Shown: piece by piece, positions 25,601 through 37,362 of the stretch
Layout: each line of letters opens with the position of its first letter
Numbering within the stretch: the stretch's first letter is position 1
Origin: Marsupella aquatica
Taxonomy: Eukaryota; Plantae; Marchantiophyta
Assembly: GCA_973895155.1 (NCBI GenBank)
Contig: OZ316893.1
Location: forward strand, 28,096,210 to 28,160,209
Direction: 5' to 3'
Length of the DNA: 64,000 nt
Position numbers and translations under genes: made by a program
Notes under the pieces: model-generated
Seen by the model: the letters and a program-made list of their open reading frames with translations, nothing else
The model's database searches: none
Told to the model about the DNA's origin: nothing

Positions 25601-26319
25601 ATTGGTTTTAAATATGTATGTAAGTACCATTGGGAGTAGACGTTTTTGTGTGTTGGTAGGGAGAGATGATATTTACACTCCATATGAAGTGCACTTTAAT
25701 TTATTTATAAAACACCAGATATTGGTTGATTGGTTTTGCTAGCGAGGTCGCTAGCTATATTTTTGAAAATGTTTGTAGGTTGATGTTTTGGACCCTAGTT
25801 TGTTACTCACTGAGAAAACTTTCAGTGACACAGTCACATACCCTGATAAGGTCGGATATCATTGCTTACAGACTTATCTTTTTTTACAGTTGGCAAGTCT
25901 CCCTGAAATCACTGCCAACCTTGTAAGTTGGTTATGGTGCCAATTTTGTATGTTTATCTGAGATACTGATGACTCCCAATCTCGAGGCCCATCATTTAAA
26001 TTGCAAGTAAAACTGCTTGCCAAGTGCTTCGGTGGTGATCTTTATATCTATTTCGGATTGTCCGAATTGTTTTAAAACAAAGTTACATTGACGTACTTCA
26101 CTCAAAAGGTTTCTTAAAGAAACATTAGTCATTAAAATATGAACAGACTGTTGGATGGGTTTTTGCTAGTGAGGCTTCCTGTTACTAGCTGCCAACAAGT
26201 CCAAACCTTGGTATGATGAAAAAATCACCCATTACAAGGATTTTTTTTACTCGTAACAGCAAAAAAATTACTCTTACGAGCAAATTTTTTCCTGTTCCCT
26301 CGCATGGTAGTCATACCCC

Positions 26320-27060
26320 TCTCTAATGACCACGTATGCAGTCAGTTGCTCCAAATGACCTCCAATATGACTACCAAAATGACCCTTATTGTAGTCATGG
26401 GTATTAATGACACACCATTATGTGAAAATGACCCAATGAAGATTACACTACCTCTCGGAGTGCCCCCTTACAATTCCTTTGCAATTTAATAGAATATATC
26501 CAAAATCCAAATATTGGCACAAACATGACATAGTTATATAGAAGGACGTAGTCTCCCACTAGTATATTGCACTATATACCTCATGGAGAGACAAAAACAA
26601 TTTTTGTTTGCCTTTGGATAGGATGGTATGCATGCATGGTGACACTTTTGGCAAATTACTCGGTCCAAAGTTGTATGATTTGGGAGTGATTCTCCCAAAG
26701 TTCCATCGTGCCTAAAGTAAATGCAAAAACACGGTTCCAAAGTGCTAATGGTGCAACTAGGGGTTGGAGAATAGTAAATATAGTATTTTGCACCTAGTGG
26801 AGGGGTTGCAAGCTCTATGTGGGGCCACATGGCACTCTATGGCCAACCTCCAACCCTTAGCCCCAAATTGGTCATTCATGCTTGTCTTCAATGACTACAC
26901 TAGGGACCTCTCAAATGACAAAAAGTCCAGTCATTTGACTTATATGACATCCCATATGACCAATTCAATGACCCTACTTGTAGTCATTGGCACTTATGAC
27001 ATGACTTTGTTAAAAAATGACCCAATGAAGGTCCTAGTACCTCAAGAAAGATCGAGCCCG
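26320..27060 (+). repeat. Diverged direct duplication of an ATGAC-rich segment (about 26320-26460 and 26905-27045)
   Basis: Shared AATGACCC..TTGTAGTCAT.GG.A.T.ATGACA...AAAATGACCCAATGAAG...TACCTC. It resembles decayed CACTA-type subterminal repeats. Confidence 0.5.
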
Positions 27061-27208
27061 CTCTAGATTCCTTGCCAAATTGGAATATTCCTATACCTTT
27101 AACCAACACACACACCGTAGAGGGAAGCACCACTACCACACCCATTGCATTGGTGTTGCACTACCTCTTGGAGGAACAAAACAAATGGCTCCATTTGCCT
27201 TTGGAACA

Positions 27209-28850
27209 TTGGGGAGACTTGTGGGCAATGGGAAGTGGCGCTAGTGAAGGCAAGTCCTCGGGGGGGGGGGGTCACTATATGAAGGGTCATACATCACGTG
27301 CGACGGTTTGGGTCATTTATGACACCCCTAAGTCACTTTCTAGAAAGTTGTACGGTATCATCATGTGATGACATGTATGCATTTTGCAATTAAACAACCC
27401 TATATTTCCATAGAAGACTTAATAAGTCTTCGGCCAAAACCATTTAAATGGCCCTATACTTCGTCGCACATGATATACCACTTCCATGGAAGTGACCCCC
27501 CCGAGGGCAAGTCGCCAAGCTGGTGTCACCCACTAAGGACTTAGACTAGATGAGAGCTGGTCGGGTCAAAGGGGAAAAGGGCCGGGCTTGAGGTTGACCG
27601 TTCGGACCCCTGGACGGACTTTGAGTCCTGAGGGCTTGAATAGGAGTTCCTCTTGAGCCCAAGGCCAATGGAGTTGACGCCATGGGCAACGGATGCTTGG
27701 GGTGCGAGTTATGGCCCAATCCGGGTTTGGCCGATTGGGGGCCCCAAGTGGCGATGAGATCTGAGGGCCTAGGCATGAGCACTGGGTCGGCTCAATCACA
27801 ACAGGCTAAGGCACTCCGCTTGCAGACGCCTAACTAGGAAGTTTGGGCATCGGCAGTTGGTGGCGCGCCCAAACATGCGAGATAGGGTTTGGGTTGGGGA
27901 CCAAAAAGTTGAGGACCAAAGCTGGTCAACGGGTGGCATGTCTACAGAAGCATATATGAAGGGAGTGGTGTCTCCGTGGGGGCTAAGGGCGAGCCTAAGT
28001 CGTGAGCCACGGCGATCGCGACACTAAGGGGAAATGCCAAACGGAAACGACGATAACTTCCCAACGAGAAGTCTATTGGGGGACTTCTTGGGTGCGTTGG
28101 AAATCTATCAAGGAGGGCTACATCCTCCTGAGCTCAGATGGGTCTGGGGCACCATAGGTTCTCAAGGTTTGCAGGTGCTATCTCGCTCGCTTGCCAAATC
28201 CTGTCGAACAGTAGCCAAGCCACGTTCAGTCTCTCAAGGGAGCTTGCATTGGGGAGGCAAGGCCAAGTAGGCGTGGAGGTTGAGTCTGAGGGCACTTGGC
28301 CCCTAGACCATCAGTGGGGCAAGAATTGAGAGTTGGTTGCTAAAGTTGAGGCCATTCTGGTCTCGACGTGTTGGGACAAGCTTTAGGACAAGCTATGCTA
28401 CTTGGGCCATGAGCATGTCCTGGGGGCAGGGCGGTCAATTGGTGATGGATAGGTACAAGGGGAAACCTAGGCTGTGCCCAAGGAAGGAGCTAGTCTGGAC
28501 AAATAGTGGGTGTTGGTTTTGGTTTCGGCTTATGGCATCGGGAGGACCTATTGCTGACCTACTTACCAGACCAATGTCTATTGAGCTTGAGTTAGGAGGC
28601 TAGCTAGACTTGGGAGATCTAGATCCTGAAGGGTTACTTATCAAGACACTTGGTTGCTTGTGCAGACAATGAGGACCGTTGAGTAACGGTCATGTTGGAG
28701 AGCAAGTGCGGCTTCATATGGGAGGGGCCGCTGGTGGTGCAAGGGGCACTAGGTTGCTTGCTCGAGGTATTCCGTGGAGATGTTCGGGCACTAGGAGCAC
28801 TTAGGCGTGAGTGTTGGAATTGGTGAGGGAGCTGGGGGCAAGGTCCATCA
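27209..28850. repeat. Unclassified dispersed repeat ('family X'), copy 1
   Basis: 27209-28200 is colinear with 39331-39942 + 46420-46478 + 62767-62829. The extent beyond 28200 is inferred. Confidence 0.7.
27257..27505. mobile_element. MITE (249 bp) with poly-G/poly-C TIRs and 8-bp TSD
   Basis: CTCG(G)nTCACT...AGTGACCCCCCCGAG inverted ends, TSD GGCAAGTC (27249-27256 and 27506-27513). The empty site is seen in the paralogous repeat at about 39369-39380. Confidence 0.85.
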
Positions 28851-31348
28851 CTCTGAAGAAATGAGCCACCTTGCGGGCCATGAACTCCCCCATATCTCAA
28901 ACAACTTGTTGGGAGAAGTCGCCCAGCAACCCAGTCAAATATGTGCCTGGTGCAAAGAGTTTTGGGTTCACCAGGCTGTACCCACTTGGGTTAGGGCAAG
29001 GACAGACCTCAACTCGGGTGGAGGCTGGAGTGGTTACGTCCAGATCTAGGGTGACAAGGACAGAGGGAGATGGGTCTCCCGAAGGGGAACCCACCCGGAC
29101 GGGTGTGGAGGGGACCGGGGCTTCCCTCGTGATCACGGCCTTTGGTTTGGGGCCAACTTCAACTATGATTGTACGGGCCTGGTTTTGTGCGTCCAGGGTC
29201 GTGATGATTGTTGTGTTTGGTACAAAAGAAGGGGCTCCAACAGTTATCTGTGGGGTTGAGGTGGACACCATGGGCGCTAGACTCCGGGATTTGGGTAGGG
29301 GCCACCTTTTGTGAGCTGGAAAGACTGGTCGGGGTGAGTTTGGGCTCATTGCATTGAGGAAGGGCTCGGCGGTCAAAATGGGCGTACCACTCTATGATAA
29401 TCTCAATGTGGCTTGCGAGGTACGCCTTCCCCCCCAAGGTACAAGGTCTTCCTTTGTCGTTCCATCTCCTTGTGGAACTTCTTGACAAAGAAAGAAGCCC
29501 ACTTCCTAGACCAGTAGTTCTCAACCTAAATCACTTGGGCTGCAGATATCTCACCTCGTGGCTCCATCATGTGAAGCGCATACCTCTGGAACTTGAGTCG
29601 CTTTGCTATCTCCGGGATGAGACATGTCCGCATGAGGAAGCCATTGTCCATCGATCCCTCGGCTGGGAAGCTAGAGGACGGGTACTTTTCTCCCTTGCCC
29701 CTTGGTGCCCGTGATTCCACTTGATTCTGTCCCTTGGGTAGACCAAAACTGAGTTTAAGATGTTCCTCGGTTAGGGACATTACCCGTCCGTGCGCACGGG
29801 TCTATTGGTGGGCTTCGTCAAAGTTCTAGTTGAACTCCATCATGTCTTGCCTGTAATATCTGCAAGTGTTCCAAGGGAGGGCGGCGAGGTGCTTGAACCC
29901 TTGGGTCTTCAGATAACATGCATGCTTTGGGTGGATAATGTTTTTGTGGACATTCTCCCCCATTCAATGCATGGGGGTTAACTTGGCCACTGCGACGGTG
30001 GCCATAGGTAAGCCGGATACAGAAGCCGGTTCCTTCTACTTCTTACTCTGGGATCCGGGGTGACTCATCAAGGGGAACAACTCCCCGTCTTCCATATCCA
30101 GTGGTGGTGGTATTGCTACCACTGTGAGTATGGGTGTCGGGACTGCCACCGTACCGTGTTGTCTACAGTTGGAGCCGCATCCCGGGTTCAGGCTTGTTGG
30201 GATGGCGGTGCGTTACCCGTCCTGGGTCAATGGGTCCTTGGCTGTTTTTGGACAAGAGGTGAAGGAACATCCTCGTCTTCCAAGCTTAGGTTGACCGTGT
30301 TTACCATGGATCGTACCCAAGCGGGTGGTGCGACCGGTGGTGGAGAGCGGCTTGAGGGTGCCCAGGGCGGTGTCTGCGTCTCAACTGGCGCTAGTGAATT
30401 GGCCGCAGGCGCTGCTGGAGGAGGTGCCATAGGACCCAAAGTTCCGGATGGGAAGCCGAGCGATACTAAGATTGATGAAGGTCCTTTTGGGTTCAGGCTA
30501 TTGCCAAACCGACAGTCAAAGAAGGCCTGCACCCTAGCAAGTATGTCGTCAAAGTGATGACGCTGTAAGTCCACCGTGCCAGGGATCTTGAAGACCTCGT
30601 GCGGGAGTTGGCAGAGTGCTTCTCCAAAGCTGAGGTACTTTGATCCCTCGAAGAAGAACTCAATGATATCCTTGTCCCGACAGTACTTGCTCTCGAACGG
30701 AAGATTAAGGTTGTTGTAGTGAGAACGCCTGTTCAAACGGATACGTCATTTGTAATGCCTTTCAGCTTCATACTTGCGCGGGTTGTGCTCAGCGAGTGAG
30801 GTCACAAGATGGTTACCAATGCCTAAAAATTGGTACCAAAAGCAATAGCAGAATTGGACATAATTGTGACAGACATATGATGAGGTGTCGAGGGCTAGCT
30901 GAATCACTAAGTACAGTGCAAAGAGGTGAGCTCAGAGCTTGTGCAAGGAGAGAATCAGGAGAGGAAAGGAAGGGAAGGGCTAACCTTTTATACCTTTGTT
31001 ACGAGTCAAATGATCGGCTCCCCCTGCCTAGGATAGGCCAAGCCTATTATGATCAAGACTTCTCGATCACTCCACCAGTCCGGGTCAGAGCGTGGCAAAG
31101 ATTTGATTGTGGCGCTATTATACAGGCCCAAGGTTGACCGCCATAAGGTGCCCCCAATCTGTCGGTACATCAAGTGCCGCTCCACCAACTCAAGCGTGAA
31201 CTCCCATTATTACTAAACCCGTCCTAAACATCATGACTAGCTAAGATTGTGTCGTTATGCTAATAACTATGGATTCCTACATCTACTTCGAACATGCGTA
31301 ACACGGATTGCCGTATTACTCATTACCAGCCGTGCTGGCGGCATCACA
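28850..31348 (-). mobile_element. Truncated, diverged relative of the Gypsy LTR (family C) with its decayed LTR ORF
   Basis: The reverse complement begins TGTGATGCCGCC...TTATTAGCATAACGACA like 46479 and has TATAAAA near 30990. Peptides EALCQLPHEVFKIPGTVDLQRHHF and MSLTEEHLKLSFGLP...RYALHMMEPRGEISAAQVI match the ORF at 46945-49605. No matching 3' end or TSD was found. Confidence 0.85.
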
Positions 31349-31511
31349 GTCTCGTAGTCAACCATGCAGTTTATGCAGTTTCCCGTCTCAAGTGGATTTT
31401 TTTTACTGTTTGGTTGCAATGCGAAGAGCGATCAGCGTAATGCTCTTCACTTTCAAGACTCCAAAACAGCTGATATTCTCACTCATGGGCATTTTGTATT
31501 GGAGATTTCTT

Positions 31512-31850
31512 TGTTAGATATTGCTCTAGTCTTGTGACTCATGAGCTAACCACAATTAGTCTAACTCGGGTTAGGACTTAGCTAATGTTAGGGGTAGTGC
31601 TGTTGTGATATAGCCAAGGCTGATACCAGACCCTGGTGAAACTTAGGCTCATTGTTACGGAGCTAGTTGAGAGATAGGGAGAGCTTGTGCTGTGGATGCT
31701 TGGTATGGCCGGTCGGCCTAGAGTGCAGTAAAGCTCTTGTGTGTTCCCGTGGACGTAGCCTCATGTGGAGGTGAACCATGTCTTTGTGTCGACTCTTGTA
31801 CGTTGGATGGTTCATGGGCTTGCAGTTGCGAATGTCGTCTATGCTCAACA
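31512..31850 (+). mobile_element. Solo LTR related to the Copia LTR (339 bp)
   Basis: TGTT...CAACA ends with TSD TTCTT. The 3' half matches 40155-40363, but the 5' (U3) half is different. Confidence 0.9.
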
Positions 31851-31934
31851 TTCTTTACTTAGCCGTGATTTTGCGATCGGGCAATTAAAACGAGAAGGGT
31901 GGTCACACTTCTCATTTGATCCGTCACTGTATTC

Positions 31935-32895
31935 TAACAAACCTCAAAACCATTGTTTGACTTGGCCTTTGTTTCTTTTGGCCTTTTACTCCCCGTTTTA
32001 TTGGGTCTTACTTCTTGCAACTAAAGTGCTCCTTTCAAGAAAAATTGTAAATAGAAATGAAGGGTGTTTAGGGTTTAATTAGGGTTATAAAGAAAAGAGG
32101 AATGAATATGCTCTGATTCCTCTGAAAGAAGTGGTAGGACTGTCTCATTCCAAATAGTTTAGGGTTTAGGGTATGTTGTATGACGATGTGTATTCAAACG
32201 ACAGCTATCATGATGATACCTAAGTGTGTCGTAGTGTGTAGATGTGCTACTGGAGTCCATGCCGTAGTTTGGGATGTGGTTCCATGCATAGTGTTTGTGG
32301 GTGCTCTGTTGAGGGTGACTGTCCTAATAGGACCCACCCTTAGGTTTGAGGGGTATACCTATATATGGAATGTGCTCAAAGAACGGTTAGTTCTTTGAGT
32401 TGAGCCTTTAGCGTTGGGAGCCATTGGGAGATAGCTTGAGTGGGTAGTACTCCTTCAGTTGGCTATGGTGATTCCCATTAGCATTGACCTGGCATGGATT
32501 CTCCCATGTCAGAGTGGGTTTGGCTTGACTATGTGTGATCTTTTTTGGTGTTTTTTATGACAGTACATCTTTCACTAATTTTCAGTTGTGGTACACTTGT
32601 ATTTCTATATGCTCTTGTCCATGTTGTGTATGTATGTATGGTATGTCATGTCAGCAATGTATGTTGTATGACTATGTGTATCTGCACAACAAGCATAACA
32701 AACCTGAGAACTATAATTGTTTAATTTGGCCTTTGTTTCTTTTGGCCTTTTACTCCCCGTTTTATTGGGTCTTACTTCTTGCAAGTAAAGTGCTCCTCTC
32801 AAGAAAAATTAAAAATAGAAATGAAGGGTGTTATAAAGAAAAGAGGAATGAGTATGCTCTGATCCTCTGAAAGAAGTGGACTGACTCATTCCAAA
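31935..32895 (+). repeat. About 200-bp direct duplication (31935-32155 and 32697-32895) with TTTAGGG-type insertions
   Basis: Near-identical TTGGCCTTTGTTTCTTTTGGCC...CTCATTCCAAAT segments. The first copy has an extra TAGGGTTTAATTAGGGTT and is followed by TTTAGGGTTTAGGG. Confidence 0.75.
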
Positions 32896-33596
32896 TTGTA
32901 CAGGAATTACTGACCAACTGTATAGAATACCAGACGAGACACTCCGCCTACAGTAGGTCTCGACTGCACGCGAGTGTGACCTCCCACGTGCTGTCCCGCG
33001 TGCTGTCTTCAATGTCTTGGTCGGCATTTACAAAGACTCGTGTTTAGCTGGCTAGAGGTACGAGTTACTGTGGTTCATCTGGATCCAGCTACATCATCTG
33101 AGCATCCTCTCAAACGACAAAGTTCTCGTATGTGCTCCTTGACAACATTCAATCTATTCTTCAACTGATGGCAGGGATAGTTATTGCTTTGCCGTTTTCC
33201 ATAATTATATCCTTGGACATCCTAAAGTTGAGTGCCTGGTGCATGTCGAGGGCAGTGACAGCAATTTCCGGAACGGGGTCCAAAAACAAACAGAAATCAT
33301 TTGACGAGTAAATTAATCGTAGAGCTTCCTTACATAGGAGTAGCTATGGGCATCTACTAGCTAGACTACAAGTTAGATAAATGTAGAGAATACGATGAGT
33401 AGCATGTGTTCTGCTGTGGTCGTCAAGAATGGAAGCTACTTAGATCACTGATCGATCCTTGCTTTACTCGTGGCACAGTGCATGCCATGTATATGACGAG
33501 ATGACCGATTGGATCAGCTTACCGTATAGAAAACCATGCCAATTTGTATACTAAGGTAGCGATAAAAATCCTATGATGTACAACGAGTTGCCGTGA

Positions 33597-36500
33597 TCAT
33601 GTCTCTATGACATTATTACTTGTGAGAGCAGATCTGGACTTTGTATGCTCCCGCTCCATCTCTTCGAGTGTCTCAGGGAGACGTTGGTTGAGAGTTTCCG
33701 GAAGTCTGGTTGAGAGAGCTGCACCCCCCAAGGCCAAGACCCCAAAGATCACGAATGGGAGAGAAGGGGAAAAATGGCCGGCAACTACAATGAACGGCGC
33801 AATCACTGCTCCAACTCCTGCAGCTTGAACTGCTAGTCCAAGAGCTGCGTTCCTGACCACTGTGGGAAACAACTCAGCGGTGTAGATGTAGATCAGACTA
33901 AAAGCACCTGCCATACCGAGCATGCCTAGTACTCCCCACATGAGCCTCAGCATGCCTATGAGAAACTCGTCTGCACAAGAGTCAGATGTAATGTGTTAAA
34001 CATAATAAGTAATAACACTTCTCCGTGTCATGAAATTTGCCAGCGCCTGAACTATGACTTAATCGGATAACGAGCATACTGTCGAATAAACTGGTGACTA
34101 AGCATCAAATTAATCAACCTCACGTAAGAAAGGAATAATCTCCTGAACAAAAAGCCGATAGCGTCTCCTGCATAAACAAGTAAAGCCGTGTGTTTTGCGA
34201 ACCCGCAACTATCCAAGGAGAACCATGCAGGAGAGAAAACATACGATTACTTTCAGTATCATGCAGTTGCAAGTTCGGGCGGTTGGACACCACGCTTTCC
34301 GCAAAGCCCCTCAATAAGAAGCTGCCGTTCAAGCCATCTGGCTTGTCCATAATGAAGAAGAAGCTGCCACAGACACAACAGACCCCGGATAGAGCCATCG
34401 CTGATACCAGCAGAGCCTTTCTGCCCAGCTTAGACAACAAATAAGCGGTTCCAGCAAATGCGGGGACTTCGATAAGGCCGTTCATGAAGACGCTCAAGTA
34501 AAGGTTGAAGTTTAGATTGACTGCATTTAGGCTGATGCCATAGTAACAAACTCCCGTGAAGAACCAGATGCAAACCATGATGAGCATTCTCCAACGTGTC
34601 TCGGAAAATCTGAAGACATCGACGAGACTTCCTTCGTATTGCACCTCGGGTTTCGAAGAGCCATTGTCTCCCAGCTTTACGGAACAGTTGCCTTGGGGAT
34701 CCTGAGTAATGACAGCTTCCAACTTTAACAAATGCAAGGATATAGTTGACACCTTCAACATGATTACTAAGCCACTGACTGCAGACCAGACTAGCTCATG
34801 GCGACCAGAAGGATCGTGTTAGTACTGGATTGAATCGACGAGGTCTACTGGCTGGTACCGTCCCTTCACTACCTGGATGAAATTTACTTTCGGTCGGGCT
34901 TTCGGCCCGTGGAACTTCGACTCCTTGAGAACTACGACCATGCCCGATCACCCTCGAGAACCCAAAATCAATCTGATCTGAATTTTAAACCACTTTTCCA
35001 TGTGGATTCGTGTAGTAACGATGTACACTATCACGGCTACAGAAATTGGAGAATTTATGGGCAGTATCAACGATCTGAAGTTTACAAACGCAACCATTCT
35101 ATTCTGACTAAGTGACACCAATACCCTCTGTGCGAGCTAAGGGATGTAAGTTCTTAGATCCCAAGCTAAATTCGTTGCGGCTAGCGTGGGGTGGAAGACG
35201 AAGATAATTTTACAACATAATTTTTATCAGTTCATTTGGACTCGTTTTGTCCATTTAAAATGATTATGGACTCACCAAAGACGTACTAGGAAGGATCAAA
35301 GAATGTAACCAGCTTTTGGAAAAGCTGCGCCTATGGAAGTGATTTCAATCGATCCAGTATAGTGTGACTGTGACTAAGCAAGATTGAGCAGCCTTTTGTT
35401 CTAGACAATCACGGTGAATGTTTCCGTCGGTCCCGTCAGACAAGAGGCCCCAAAACCACTTATAGTAGAAAGGTCCCAACCCGGGAAGTGCAGATACCAA
35501 AAATACCTTACAACAATTCTCGAGCGCTACGTGGACGGTCCTCATGCAGCGGCGGGTGATATGTTCAAAGATTACTGAATCCAATCTGAGGAAGATGATC
35601 ATAAAGTACAACGTGACGGAACGTACCGTAGCTTCCGGGCTCAAACACGTAGCTCCATCGCCAGTCGAGTCTGAAAGCGCCATCTTCTCCGTACGTACAC
35701 GTTGTTCGGCTTGCGCGTCTCTGTTCTGCTGATCGCAATCCAAGCGAAGGTGAAGACTTGTGGGCAGCTCATTTCCATTCCACTTCGCAACAGATCTTAT
35801 GACCTTGATGGCATCATCCGATCGGCCCTTCACGAGATACCATCGAGGGGACTCCCAGAGAAACGGCAGGACCAAAAAGCAGTACACGATTCCAGGAACA
35901 GCGGTGACGAAGTAAAGCATCCTCCAAGACGTCGAGAAATAGCCGAACAACGGAAGGATCATGATTCCCCCTGTAAAGAAGTAGAAGGTTGCCATTCCCA
36001 CCGATCCTCTTTTACTGGGCCCTACGATCTCTGTTGCCAGGACGAAGGAGCAAACTCCAATGCTTCCGCAATTCAGTCCTGTCATGAACCGGAGGGTCGC
36101 ATAGATCCAGTACGTGGAGGAGAAGCCTGTGAGGAACCCCAGGGAAACTGTCGTCAAGCACGAAAGAGCAACTGTTCCCTTTCTGCCCAAAAATGAGTCT
36201 GACAGACTTCCGTACACTCCAGCTCCTGCATGCGCACATTTCCGTTACACGACGTTATGCCAAGAGCTCTGCTAATGTATTAAGAAACGATGATCGAGCT
36301 GGACAGAACATGTCACTTTCCTGTGTATGCCAAGAGCTCTGCTAATGTATTAAGAAATGATGATCGAGCTGGACAGAACATGTCACTTTCCTGTGTATGT
36401 CAAGAGCTCTGCTAATGTGTTAAGAAATGATGATCGAGCTGGACAGAACATGTCACTTTCCTGTGTAATACGTGCATGTCGGGAAAATGTAGTACTTGCT

Positions 36501-37362
36501 GGTTTCTCTAAATTCTCTCCTTCAAATTGCAGCACACGGTTCCCCCAGGAAGACTACAGGAAGCGCAAACTAAGTATGAAGCAATTCTCGACTTTATTTT
36601 GAAACGTGGACTGTCAACATGGCTAATCTGATCGCGTGGAGAGAGAAAACAATGGCTGATTCCAGTGATTGCAATGTCAAAAAGCTGGTGCAATCTGTGA
36701 GCCCAATGATTGAGCAGATATTCAGAATAAGACGATTCTAAGTGAGTGCACAGGGAGTGGGAGTGGGAGCAGGAGCAGGAGCAGGAGCAGCCGATTTTAA
36801 AATACTAATGTACCACTCTTGAAATATTCAATGTGAGCTTCATCAGCTACTTCGGTACTGACAGAAGCAGCTTCTTACCACATAGCACGCCAATAAAAAA
36901 CAAAGAAGCAGCCAATCCAACTTTGTACTCGTCTGCACAGATGAGATCCCACTCCGAAACCGTCGATCGGGTATACGTCCCAACCCATTCCCAGGTGCCA
37001 GGGTCCAATTCACATAGCGATGAGGCGGCGGTACACGAAGGAGCCAAGATCGTCGTGTGGTTGAGACCGCCGCCGCCGACCAGCTGCGTGGCGATTTGGG
37101 TCTTGCATTGCCATTCAGGCAACCGATCAGCGAAAATCATGACCATCGTATGCAGGGCGTCCACGGTCCAGGCTAAGCTCACCAGCACAAAGTGCCAGAA
37201 CTGAGCGAACCCAAACTCTCCAACATGCTTCACCAGCATGTCGTCCACGGACATGTATATCTTGTCGTCATCCTGTGCACGACCATCATTGCTTCCAGCG
37301 TACTGTTCCGGGTCGTCGTGAGGGCTGATCAGTCCTTCCAACAACTGGGAATTCGACCCCAT
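33597..37362 (-). CDS. OCT: Organic cation/carnitine transporter (MFS, SLC22/OCT-like), 4 exons: 37362-36879, 36225-35627, ~34701-34245, 33970-33597
   Basis: VGEFGFAQFWHFVL, STVSEWDLIC, YGSLSDSFLGRKG, ATEIVGPSKRG, LWESPRWYLVKG, YYGISLNAVNL, IEVPA, YTAELFPTVVRNAALG, LPETLN. GT-AG junctions keep the frame. The exon 3 acceptor is uncertain. Confidence 0.93.
36256..36465. repeat. 70-bp tandem repeat, 3 copies, in OCT intron 1
   Basis: TATGCCAAGAGCTCTGCTAATG...ACTTTCCTGTG starting at 36256, 36326 and 36396. Confidence 0.92.

Larger units (their letters stand above)
13041..26299. mobile_element. MULE/Mutator-like DNA transposon with two divergent genes (ParB-like cargo and transposase)
   Basis: Divergent gene pair. 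The same 18-bp palindrome occurs in the intergenic region, in a transposase intron and in the 3' region. The putative right terminus ...CCTGTTCCC at 26299 is preceded by an internal inverted repeat. The left part lies beyond the nested LTRs, so no TSD can be checked. Confidence 0.6.
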
